This document shows positions 26,908-34,679 of a stretch of DNA of 35,403 nt, piece by piece; the first letter of the stretch is position 1; each line of letters begins with the position of its first letter. Position numbers and translations under genes: made by a program. This DNA comes from a virus (lineage: Duplodnaviria; Caudoviricetes). The stretch covers positions 1 to 35,403 of IMG/VR virus record IMGVR_UViG_3300025357_000029; one strand, given 5' to 3'. The notes under the pieces were generated by a model. It had not been told where the DNA came from. It worked only from the letters and a program-made list of their open reading frames with translations, and ran no database searches.

Positions 26908-27108
26908 GTGTTACTCCTTAATACGTTCTTTACAAATTTCATACTTTATATATGGAGGTCTTATTGGACGTATAAAACGTGGGTATTGACCATATTTGTA
27001 AAAATCCGCAGGCGTGTGTTCATAAATATCGATATGGTTTAAAGGCTCGTAGATTGGAACTTTAACCAAACGGTATGGTGTACTGTCTTTCATGTGTTAC
27101 TCCTTAAT
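26904..27108. repeat. 19-bp direct repeat flanking one gene
   Basis: TCATGTGTTACTCCTTAAT at 26904-26922 and 27090-27108. Confidence 0.9.
26911..27093 (-). CDS. Hypothetical protein
   Basis: 60 aa; AAGGAG SD. Confidence 0.6.
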   Translation of the reverse strand: MKDSTPYRLVKVPIYEPLNHIDIYEHTPADFYKYGQYPRFIRPIRPPYIKYEICKERIKE

Positions 27109-27495
27109 GCCGTGTGCGGATTCGATTGCTCTGGCAAAGTTCAAGTAGAAATCCAAACCTTTTGTGATGGAAAAGATTTCTTCAATCTGCTCATCCGTCA
27201 AAGGCTTGCGTTGTTGTGGTGTGGTGTAGAGAGGCTTTATTTTTCTAAATAAAGTTGGTTCGTTAGGGGGTTGCACAAAAGCTACTTCAGGAAACCATTC
27301 CATTTGTCCGTGAATTGCATGGCGATATTCTTCATATTCCCACGCCACAGGTTCACCCTGCTCTTGCTTTAGTGCTTCTTCTAGGGCTTTAATAGCACTT
27401 TGAGCTTTATCTGCCCAGTCACCACTAACGATTTCATCGTGCCAATTACATCCTCCAAAAACTTCAAGCGCTTGTTTTATTGCTTCTTTAGTCAT
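27097..27495 (-). CDS. Hypothetical nin-region protein
   Basis: QEQGEPVAW, PLYTTP, PLTDEQI and FARAIE.AHGI modular motifs. Confidence 0.75.
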   Translation of the reverse strand: MTKEAIKQALEVFGGCNWHDEIVSGDWADKAQSAIKALEEALKQEQGEPVAWEYEEYRHAIHGQMEWFPEVAFVQPPNEPTLFRKIKPLYTTPQQRKPLTDEQIEEIFSITKGLDFYLNFARAIESAHGIKE

Positions 27496-27671
27496 ATTCT
27501 GTCTTCCTTATTTATTCCAAGTTGTATTTCCTCTGATCTGATCTGCCTATCCAAATAGTTTCTCAACCATTGGATTCCCCCAAGTGCCTTAAACATATCT
27601 CGCTGATTTTCAGTCATTCTCAAACCAATGTTTACTTTTGATCCTGTAATCTCACTTTTCTGCCTCGGCAT
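27492..27671 (-). CDS. Small putative DNA-binding protein
   Basis: MPRQK...IGLRMT...LGG..WLR, ribbon-helix-helix-like; GAGGA SD favours the start at 27671. Confidence 0.65.
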   Translation of the reverse strand: MPRQKSEITGSKVNIGLRMTENQRDMFKALGGIQWLRNYLDRQIRSEEIQLGINKEDRI

Positions 27672-28056
27672 AATCATCCTCAAATTTTACGTTATGTTCA
27701 GCACCAAAAGCCATGATCAACTCCAACAGTTCGCTCATCTCGCTTTTGTTCATTTTAGAAGTTGATTGACCTAAAACCACAAACCCAGTTCCATCAATGT
27801 TTGGTACAACCTCTTGTTTTTTAATCGCAGACGAAAAGATGTGTTTCCAATCCTCTGCGCTTAGTTTCCTTCCATGCCAGACTACTTGTTTAGCAATGTC
27901 TGCCAAAGATGCCCAAAGTTTGCTATTTTGCTCCAAAGATCGGGTCATAGGCTTGCACTCTACAACCCAACCCTCGGGAGCTACTGAAACAAACTCTTTA
28001 GCCCTTTGCCTTGCCTCAGAGTGGCTGAGAACGAATATTCTTTTGTCCGTACTCAT
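27652..28056 (-). CDS. ninB: NinB/Orf recombination protein
   Basis: RSLEQN.KLWA.L.DIA.QV.WHG...WK...G.STSKM...EMSELLE...AFGAE. Confidence 0.95.
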   Translation of the reverse strand: MSTDKRIFVLSHSEARQRAKEFVSVAPEGWVVECKPMTRSLEQNSKLWASLADIAKQVVWHGRKLSAEDWKHIFSSAIKKQEVVPNIDGTGFVVLGQSTSKMNKSEMSELLELIMAFGAEHNVKFEDDYAEAEK

Positions 28057-28219
28057 ACATTGTCTTCTTTAGCATTTGATACATTGATCGACCTGATTCT
28101 TTTTTAAGTTGAGTTTGTTTGCCAACTCGCCTTACATCTGTCTCATAAGTTTGATCAGAAACGTCAATGTTGTTTTCTCTTAATGATTTTCTGAGTGCTT
28201 TTGCTTTTTTAGAATTCAT
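28016..28219 (-). CDS. Hypothetical basic protein
   Basis: 67 aa, MNSKKAKALRK start; ATG overlaps the upstream stop. Confidence 0.65.
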   Translation of the reverse strand: MNSKKAKALRKSLRENNIDVSDQTYETDVRRVGKQTQLKKESGRSMYQMLKKTMYEYGQKNIRSQPL

Positions 28220-28497
28220 TTAATTACCTCTGCTGATTTAATTTTGCACGAATCGCCATCAAACACTACTTTTACATTTGTATTATGAACAGTTGTTGTA
28301 TTAGCAAATGAATGTTCTGAATGCAAATAAAAATATCTAACAATATCTGGCTTAGGTTCTGGTTTTATTCTGTATTTCAATTCTAAATTCCAAGATGGTT
28401 CTTCAGTAAAAATCCATATATCTAAGTCTTCTACATAACATTCAATTTCAGCACCATCAGCCCATGCCTTGATTAATTCTGCGTGTTTATGTTTCAT
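28216..28497 (-). CDS. Hypothetical protein
   Basis: KHAELIKAWADGAEIE...P.W...YRIKP motif; ATG at 28497 preferred. Confidence 0.75.
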   Translation of the reverse strand: MKHKHAELIKAWADGAEIECYVEDLDIWIFTEEPSWNLELKYRIKPEPKPDIVRYFYLHSEHSFANTTTVHNTNVKVVFDGDSCKIKSAEVIK

Positions 28498-28498
28498 A

Positions 28499-28774
28499 TT
28501 AAAACTTCCCATCAAAAATATTACGCTTAGGTAGACATTGCAAATCAATCACAATATCCGTTAAGTATCCGCTGACCAATCTTTTAGAGAATACCGGCAC
28601 TGCCCTAAGTCCTGAGTTTTCGCATTGGATCGTAGCCGAGATTACTTCCTCCCTGCTCATCTGCTGCACCTTGGGGTCAAGAACAATAGGAACTACTGGA
28701 GGGTTAGCGTATTGAACCGGCGAAGGAGTTGTCGAACATCCTGCAAGAATTAAAAGTATAAGTAAATATTTCAT
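28499..28774 (-). CDS. Putative lipoprotein
   Basis: MKYLLILLILAGC lipobox. Confidence 0.8.
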   Translation of the reverse strand: MKYLLILLILAGCSTTPSPVQYANPPVVPIVLDPKVQQMSREEVISATIQCENSGLRAVPVFSKRLVSGYLTDIVIDLQCLPKRNIFDGKF

Positions 28775-28776
28775 GA

Positions 28777-28995
28777 TTAAGCCTTTAATGAATAAACTGC
28801 AACGATTACATCTTTGCCAAATTGGTTTTTAACATGCTTTCTTGAGGAAACTATCTTTTTACCATCGTCCTTTAAATTTCTGATCCTCGCTGCCAATCTA
28901 AAGCATCCAAATAGCTTAAGAGCATCCATTGCGGTTATCGACTTACCTTTTTGTAAATAATTTAATATTTGTTCGTTTTGTGATTTCATCTTCAA
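28777..28995 (-). CDS. Winged helix-turn-helix protein
   Basis: Q...IL.YL...IT..DA...FGCFRLAARI..L. Confidence 0.85.
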   Translation of the reverse strand: MKMKSQNEQILNYLQKGKSITAMDALKLFGCFRLAARIRNLKDDGKKIVSSRKHVKNQFGKDVIVAVYSLKA

Positions 28996-29195
28996 TTTTC
29001 CTTAGTTGTTAATAAATTTACACTTTCTAACTCTTTGATTCTGTTTCCTACGTCCCTCCCTAAGTTTTTAAATATTGGCTCGGTTTTCATTTTCTCTTTC
29101 ACAATCCCTCTTGTATATTCTCTCCAACCTGGTCTTAGTGCTAATTGAGCATAGAACTTGACGATTGATTCATACTCTGCATCCCAGTCAAACAT
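28992..29195 (-). CDS. Hypothetical protein
   Basis: ATG at 29195 (MFDWDAEY) overlaps the end of the upstream ORF. Confidence 0.6.
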   Translation of the reverse strand: MFDWDAEYESIVKFYAQLALRPGWREYTRGIVKEKMKTEPIFKNLGRDVGNRIKELESVNLLTTKEN

Positions 29196-29370
29196 TTTCA
29201 AACATCCAGATTCGCATTTCAGGCTTTGGTCTAGTTCCACTGTTTGATCTACCGTCTTTTACCGGTCTGACCCTTTTAAACTCATCACGTCTGATAGGAT
29301 ACTTTGCTCGGTCTAATTCTTTGATTGGTATGTCCCAATTTGGGACTGGTTGCCAGATAGTTTTAATCAT
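29188..29370 (-). CDS. Hypothetical protein
   Basis: 60 aa; ATGA coupling with the methylase. Confidence 0.55.
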   Translation of the reverse strand: MIKTIWQPVPNWDIPIKELDRAKYPIRRDEFKRVRPVKDGRSNSGTRPKPEMRIWMFENV

Positions 29371-30275
29371 ACCAACTCCAACGACATTTGTTTTACTCGA
29401 TCTTTTTGTAATTTTTCATAATTAGGATTTAATTCACATCCTAAATATTTTCTGCCTAATGTTTGAGCTACTTGAGCAGTTGTTCCTGATCCCATAAATG
29501 GATCTAAAACAACTCCACCCACTGGAGCACCCGCCATTACACACGGCTCAATTAATTCGTTAGGAAATACTGCAAAATGCGCCCCTTTATATGGTTTTAC
29601 AGGAACAGACCAAACACTTCGTTTGTTAGCCATTTCATAAGATTTTTCTAATCCTGAATGTGGTTGTAAACCAGTTCCTTCGTTATGGTATTTGCCGTTA
29701 GTTCTATCCCTAGTGCCCCAATCATCTTTTACGGGTTCTTTTATAGAGTCCATATCACAAAAATACTTTTGTTGTTTTGTCAAAAGAAAAATGTATTCAT
29801 GCGATTTTGTGCATCTGTCTTGAACCGATTCAGGCATAGGATTGGGTTTGTGCCAAATAATATCCTGACGTAAATACCATCCAAAATCCTGCAAGGCAAA
29901 TGCTAATCTCCAAGGCATACCCATTAAATCTTTTTGTTTATACCCATTACCTATGCGGTTTACTACTTTTTCTCTGGGGTTTCCAAATCCTGCTCTTCCA
30001 TTGTTTGAGGCTACAGAACTATTGTTTGCATAACTATCACCCAAATTGACCCAAAGAGTTCCGTCATCTTCCAAAATATCATAAACACAAGCAAAAACTT
30101 CGACTAAATTAGATATAAATTCTTGAGGAGTTTCTTCGTTTCCTATTTGCCCATCAACGCCATAATCACGCAAGCCGTAATAGAGAGGACTGGTAACACA
30201 AGTCTGAACTTTTATTCCTTCAGATGCCCATTTCCTCATAATTTCACGACAATCACCAAATTCAATTTTATTCAT
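29367..30275 (-). CDS. Orphan N4-C/N6-A DNA methyltransferase, beta class
   Basis: TSPLYY catalytic motif region, IIWHKPNPMPES, HFAVFP and SAM-binding DPFMGSGTT. Confidence 0.93.
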   Translation of the reverse strand: MNKIEFGDCREIMRKWASEGIKVQTCVTSPLYYGLRDYGVDGQIGNEETPQEFISNLVEVFACVYDILEDDGTLWVNLGDSYANNSSVASNNGRAGFGNPREKVVNRIGNGYKQKDLMGMPWRLAFALQDFGWYLRQDIIWHKPNPMPESVQDRCTKSHEYIFLLTKQQKYFCDMDSIKEPVKDDWGTRDRTNGKYHNEGTGLQPHSGLEKSYEMANKRSVWSVPVKPYKGAHFAVFPNELIEPCVMAGAPVGGVVLDPFMGSGTTAQVAQTLGRKYLGCELNPNYEKLQKDRVKQMSLELV

Positions 30276-30628
30276 CGTCCTATCCCCTTCAATCTTTCCC
30301 TTAAATACTCAGGCATCGGAACTGCCTTTGCTTTTTCCTCATCCAGTTTAACAAGGTAAGGATCACGAACTTGAACCATCGTAGAAGTCTCAGGAATCTC
30401 AGCTCCATCCCATCTCTGTTGATTTAAATAGACTAGGGGCGCAGGAATAAAAGCACCGTTGTCTTTGCGCCATTGATCGGTTGTTTTCATCCACTCTACA
30501 TGCTTAATTATTTGATCAGCGCATGAATCAAGGTAAGTCTTAATCCAAACCTTCTCACATTGAGATTTAGCCCCTTTTCTGGTTGATCGAGGCCATGACT
30601 TCCAAAATACTTCAAACTTATTTTCCAT
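30272..30628 (-). CDS. Short replication-initiator-like protein (C-terminal domain only)
   Basis: FEVFWKSWP..RK..K...FIPAPLVYLNQQRW resembles the C-terminal domain of phage replisome organisers. Confidence 0.65.
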   Translation of the reverse strand: MENKFEVFWKSWPRSTRKGAKSQCEKVWIKTYLDSCADQIIKHVEWMKTTDQWRKDNGAFIPAPLVYLNQQRWDGAEIPETSTMVQVRDPYLVKLDEEKAKAVPMPEYLRERLKGIGR

Positions 30629-30645
30629 TCTGTCTTCCTTTTTCT

Positions 30646-31008
30646 TTAGTTAAATCGGTAATCAGTATCGTGCTTATTTCCTTTAGATTTATTACATTTA
30701 GGACATAAAATTTGTAAATTATTAGGTGAATCAAATAATGATGGAAATAATTTTCGTGGTTTTATGTGATCAACCTGTATGTCGTTCCATTTTTTAGGAG
30801 TTTTTTTACATCTCATGCAATTAATTCCATGAAACGCAATGATTTGAGCTTTCAACAAAAACCATTCTGGTGTTGATAAATAATCTTCAGAGTTTTTTAA
30901 AAAATAAGCCATTTCGTTATCATTAAATGATTTATTAAATTCAATTGATCTTTTTTTTATAGAACTAGCTAATAACTTTTCTTTATTTAATATTGTTTTA
31001 TTTATCAT
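30646..31008 (-). CDS. HNH endonuclease
   Basis: CMRC...VDHIKP...NLQILCPKCNKSK; markedly AT-rich. Confidence 0.92.
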   Translation of the reverse strand: MINKTILNKEKLLASSIKKRSIEFNKSFNDNEMAYFLKNSEDYLSTPEWFLLKAQIIAFHGINCMRCKKTPKKWNDIQVDHIKPRKLFPSLFDSPNNLQILCPKCNKSKGNKHDTDYRFN

Positions 31009-31247
31009 CTTAATTCATCTTTGGTGATTGTTTGAGCAAAGCACAGCCTTACCGCATCAATATGCAATAAACGCTCTGTGCTTGATAACTTCCTCTTTGG
31101 AGCCATGTCATCGCATCGCACTATGCCAGACTGTTTCAACCACCACGCTCTAGCAATTCGCCCACGTTCCTTGCTTTGGTTTGCTCGTGTTGCAAGGTAT
31201 CTCAAATCAAACCATCGACGTACCGCATTTGATTGTCCAAAAGCAAA

Positions 31248-31361
31248 AACCCCATAATTCTCTCTGCGGTCTTGGCTCTTGGCGAGAGCAACAACAAACG
31301 ATTGACTGGAATCAAAAGTTCGCTTGTCGTCTGACAAGACCGCACAGTAAACTATGGGGTT
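31248..31361 (-). ncRNA. C4/CI-like antisense RNA candidate
   Basis: Three-way junction whose two loops are complementary to upstream elements at 31366-31375 and 31387-31392. Confidence 0.65.
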
Positions 31362-31414
31362 CAACGATTCCAGTCTTTCGTCCAGATGCCACTCTAGACG
31401 CTTGTTAGTATACA

Positions 31415-31576
31415 TTAATTTATTTCCTTAAACCATTCTGGTCTTAAAACTTTTAATTGCCAAATACGCCCCTCTGGGATTTTTACCCAATTGTGAACGC
31501 TCTGACGCTCAATCCCCAGTAACTTTGCCAGTTTGCTAGGAGATCCTGCGAGTTGTATTGCTTTTTGTTTGTCCAT
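31415..31576 (-). CDS. cro: Cro-like HTH regulator, 53 aa
   Basis: MDKQKAIQLAGSPSKLAKLLGIERQSVHNWVKIPEGRIWQLKVLRPEWFKEIN; first gene of the divergent operon; not in the ORF track. Confidence 0.88.
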   Translation of the reverse strand: MDKQKAIQLAGSPSKLAKLLGIERQSVHNWVKIPEGRIWQLKVLRPEWFKEIN

Positions 31577-31582
31577 GTCGTA

Positions 31583-31666
31583 ATTGTAAGACAAATCTTA
31601 CAAAATTATCAAATAATTGAAAATATTTTAATAAATGTGGTTTTTAAGTAAGAAATTGCTTACAAT
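31583..31666. promoter_or_regulatory. Divergent early promoters with two GTAAG-N6-CTTAC operators
   Basis: Operators at 31586-31601 and 31648-31663. Minus-strand TTGATA-N18-TACAAT (31612-31583); plus-strand TACAAT at 31661-31666. Confidence 0.75.
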
Positions 31667-31718
31667 ATACCCAGACGCTACAAACCTGTACGTCATTTTT
31701 AACTAAGGAAAACTAAAG

Positions 31719-31913
31719 ATGGAAAATAAAAATCTCCCCTCAAAATCCAATTTGGATTACTACCGTGATGGATACCAAGATGGTATCGTATCAGTCCTAA
31801 ATCTAGTCCATGACTACACCGGACACAAAATAACTTCCCAGGCTGAATTAATTAAGTTTGTTCGCAGACTTGAGCTTGATGCTTTATATCCACCACTTAA
31901 GGAGATCAAATAA
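31719..31913 (+). CDS. Hypothetical protein
   Basis: 64 aa; TAAGGA SD; YRDGYQDG motif. Confidence 0.7.
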   Translation: MENKNLPSKSNLDYYRDGYQDGIVSVLNLVHDYTGHKITSQAELIKFVRRLELDALYPPLKEIK

Positions 31914-31999
31914 TGGACAAAGAAGATAAATTAGTCGTTTACGCTTGCATCATTATTTGCGTATTTATTATTGGATATTTAACAGGGGCACAGGTATGA
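31913..31999 (+). CDS. 28-aa membrane peptide
   Basis: MDKEDKLVVYACIIICVFIIGYLTGAQV; AAGGAG SD; TAATG and ATGA overlaps at its two ends. Confidence 0.7.
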   Translation: MDKEDKLVVYACIIICVFIIGYLTGAQV

Positions 32000-32589
32000 C
32001 ACAAACTAATCAAGGCGGGAAATTAATTGCTACGGCATTTGTCAAAGCTCAACGTGAGTTTGGCCCTGCGCTTAAATCTTCTACAAACCCTCATTTCAAG
32101 TCTAGGTATGCTGACCTGTCCGCTTGCGTTGAGGCAGTAATAGACGCTTTAAACAATAACGGCATTGGCATGATGCAGAAACTGTATGAAGATGCTACAG
32201 GAGTTAGCGTAGAAACGGTTTTTTTGCATGAATCAGGGGAAACTATCGAGTGCGGTGTTTTGCACGTTCCTGCGTCCAAACAAGACCCCCAAGGGTATGG
32301 ATCTGCTCTTACATACGCTCGTAGATATTCTTTAATGTCTGCCTGTGGGATTGCTCCTGAAGATGATGACGGCAATTTAGCATCCAAACCTAAAACTGTC
32401 GTTCAGCAACCGGTTTTTAACGAATCCGTAGCTGCCGATCTGGTCACCGCTATCGGAGACTGCCAGGACTTAGACGAATTGGAAAAGGCTTTCAAAGTAG
32501 CTTACAAATACTGCGTAAACAACGAAATGTATAAATCTGCTACCGTTAAGGCTAAAGATCAAATGAAGACAAAATTAGGGGCTAAATAA
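31996..32589 (+). CDS. erf: ERF-family single-strand annealing protein
   Basis: NPHFKS.YADL, HESGE and GSALTYARRYSL...G...EDDDG; ATG at 31996 preferred. Confidence 0.95.
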   Translation: MTQTNQGGKLIATAFVKAQREFGPALKSSTNPHFKSRYADLSACVEAVIDALNNNGIGMMQKLYEDATGVSVETVFLHESGETIECGVLHVPASKQDPQGYGSALTYARRYSLMSACGIAPEDDDGNLASKPKTVVQQPVFNESVAADLVTAIGDCQDLDELEKAFKVAYKYCVNNEMYKSATVKAKDQMKTKLGAK

Positions 32590-33356
32590 TGACAACACAA
32601 AACGAAATCAGAGCATCCGAGTCACAACATTGGTATACCAGGTTGGGTGAGCCAATGTATACAGTTATTGGTAAAAATGGAAAAGAAAGACCGACAACTT
32701 TAAGAGACGGTAGAGCATTAAATTTAGTCCCAAGTGTTACAACAATCCTTAATGTCGCAGCTAAACCGGCTTTAAACATTTGGATTCAACGCCAAGTTCT
32801 AATGGCTGCACTAACCTTGCCAAAGCGTCCAGACGAGTCCGAGGAGGACTGGATTAGCCGAATTATGCAAGACTCCAAGGAGGAGGGCAAAGAGGCAGCT
32901 AACCGAGGTACTGAAATCCATGCGTCCATTCAAGGATACTTTGAGGGCAAAGGCTACGGTAATCACCCAGATCACGTTCAATCTTTTGAGGACTTGATCA
33001 CCGAGAATTATGGACGGCAAACTTGGATTCCTGAAATGAGCTTTGCCAATGAACTTGGATTTGGAGGAAAGACCGACTTACATACCACCGCAGGGCATGG
33101 AGTTGTGATTGACGTTAAGACCAAGGAATTTGACAAGGATGACAAGATTGTTGGCTATGACGAGCACTTAATGCAACTTGCAGCTTACCGAATGGGACTT
33201 AGACTTCCGCATGCTGAGTGTGCCAATGCTTTTGTATCTCGAACCGTACCTGGCTTAGTTGTCCTCCACAAATGGACGGAGGAAGACCTTAAAAAAGGTT
33301 GGTTAATGTTCACTAACTTACTTCAATTTTGGCAGACTAAAAATGGACACAAATAG
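32589..33356 (+). CDS. PD-(D/E)XK exonuclease
   Basis: PSVTTIL, RGTEIH, GKTD, IDVKT and QLAAY motifs; next to erf. Confidence 0.88.
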   Translation: MTTQNEIRASESQHWYTRLGEPMYTVIGKNGKERPTTLRDGRALNLVPSVTTILNVAAKPALNIWIQRQVLMAALTLPKRPDESEEDWISRIMQDSKEEGKEAANRGTEIHASIQGYFEGKGYGNHPDHVQSFEDLITENYGRQTWIPEMSFANELGFGGKTDLHTTAGHGVVIDVKTKEFDKDDKIVGYDEHLMQLAAYRMGLRLPHAECANAFVSRTVPGLVVLHKWTEEDLKKGWLMFTNLLQFWQTKNGHK

Positions 33357-33537
33357 ATATTTAAACTATTACGAACTTAGGCATCTGGAGTGGTATTACA
33401 TGGTTCTAGCTTTTGACCAGTTTGAAAAGCATGATGTACTTCACTGGATGTATTTATTTAACTCGGCTCAATACCGAACTTTAGCAGACGAACTAATATG
33501 GAGCACAAATGTTCAATCAAATTCAAATTATCGGTAA
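33343..33537 (+). CDS. Hypothetical protein
   Basis: 64 aa filling the gap between nuclease and ssb. Confidence 0.5.
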   Translation: MDTNRYLNYYELRHLEWYYMVLAFDQFEKHDVLHWMYLFNSAQYRTLADELIWSTNVQSNSNYR

Positions 33538-33922
33538 TGTTGGCAAAGACCCACAAATAAGGGCCATGCCTTCGGGAGACTTAGTGGCTAACTTTTCTTT
33601 AGCAACGTCTGAAAAATGGAAAGACAAGTCTGGAGAATCCCAAACTAAAACCGAGTGGCACAATGTTACTTGTTATGGAAAATTAGCTGAAATAGCTGAA
33701 AAGTACATTAAAAGTGGGAAAATGCTATTTATCCAGGGTTCGCTTGTAACCCAAAAATATACGGATAAGAATGGTATTGAAAAAACTTCCCACCATATCA
33801 AAGCAGACACAATCCGCATGCTTGGAGGGGAGAAAGATTCCGCTAAACATCCACAAAGTAATCAAAAACCTTCCAATACTGGATCGGGCTTTGATGACAT
33901 GGACTCAGACGTACCCTTTTGA
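33509..33922 (+). CDS. ssb: Single-stranded DNA-binding protein
   Basis: IGNVGKDP, TEWHNV and acidic DSDVPF tail. Confidence 0.97.
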   Translation: MFNQIQIIGNVGKDPQIRAMPSGDLVANFSLATSEKWKDKSGESQTKTEWHNVTCYGKLAEIAEKYIKSGKMLFIQGSLVTQKYTDKNGIEKTSHHIKADTIRMLGGEKDSAKHPQSNQKPSNTGSGFDDMDSDVPF

Positions 33923-33933
33923 TCGGAGTAAAA

Positions 33934-34047
33934 ATGGACGCACTAATTGATTCTATTATTTTTGCATCAATAATAATGCTTGCAGGGTTAGTCTCAACTG
34001 GTGCGTTTATTTTCTTTCTTTACTTAGTAGGAGTTTATGATGACTGA
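33934..34047 (+). CDS. 37-aa membrane peptide
   Basis: MDALIDSIIFASIIMLAGLVSTGAFIFFLYLVGVYDD; GGAG SD; not in the ORF track. Confidence 0.65.
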   Translation: MDALIDSIIFASIIMLAGLVSTGAFIFFLYLVGVYDD

Positions 34048-34258
34048 AGAAGAAATATTTGCATTAGCCGTAAAAGCAGATTTATACCTTGATTCAGATG
34101 AATCAGTTATTAAATTTGGGAAACTAATAGCAGAAAAAGAACGTGAGGAATGTGCAAAATTGTGTGAAAAATTAGTTTTAGAAGATGATTCTTTTTACGG
34201 TGAATTTTCTGGCGGAAAAGATTGTGCTAAAGCTATACGAGCAAGGGGACAAGAATGA
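34037..34258 (+). CDS. Hypothetical protein
   Basis: EREECAKLCE...CAKAIRARG motif of small phage accessory proteins. Confidence 0.75.
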   Translation: MMTEEEIFALAVKADLYLDSDESVIKFGKLIAEKEREECAKLCEKLVLEDDSFYGEFSGGKDCAKAIRARGQE

Positions 34259-34467
34259 CTAGAGATGAAGCGATAGAAAGAATACAGAAATTCTTAGACA
34301 AAAGCAGTCACCACAAATGGAAAGAGGTGCAAGAAGCTATTGATTTTCTAAAGAATGATAAGCCTTATGTCGAAAGTAATTACAAAACTTGGGAGAAAGC
34401 CTGGCACAAAGGCTATGATGCAGGGATAGAACAAAGTAAGAAATACGACAAAATCCTAAGTTATTAA
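34255..34467 (+). CDS. Hypothetical protein
   Basis: 70 aa; ATGA coupling. Confidence 0.65.
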   Translation: MTRDEAIERIQKFLDKSSHHKWKEVQEAIDFLKNDKPYVESNYKTWEKAWHKGYDAGIEQSKKYDKILSY

Positions 34468-34679
34468 TTTACTTTTCCTTTTATTCGACCAATCCTGATA
34501 ATTAATTCTTGGTCTTCCTGACAATCTTTAGAGCAAAATTGAGAATTTGGCAAAGCAGTATCGTTGCAAGTTAAGCAAAATCCGGTGTACTTTGCCTTTT
34601 CTCTTTGCCTGATTGCGTTCAGTGCTGATTCCCTGTGCATTTCCTCGGTGTAATGTGCGTCATCTGCTATATCGTTCAT
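34464..34679 (-). CDS. TraR/DksA-like C4 zinc-finger protein
   Basis: N-terminal DIADDA (DxxDxA), helix, then CLTC-x10-CSKDC. Confidence 0.7.
   Translation of the reverse strand: MNDIADDAHYTEEMHRESALNAIRQREKAKYTGFCLTCNDTALPNSQFCSKDCQEDQELIIRIGRIKGKVN

Noticed and set aside
26904-27108. Direct repeats as a mini-CRISPR or att site
   Set aside because: Only two exact copies 186 bp apart, made of SD, stop and start signals; no cas or integrase gene.
27496-30640. 14-bp repeat ATTCTGTCTTCCTT at 27496-27509 and 30627-30640
   Set aside because: Both copies are ribosome-binding regions; too short to support a separate claim.
31005-31415. 136-aa ORF coupled to cro (TAATG)
   Set aside because: No recognisable motif, and the region is dominated by base-pairing. 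Not listed as a CDS, although a translated leader like P1 icd or P4 kil cannot be excluded.
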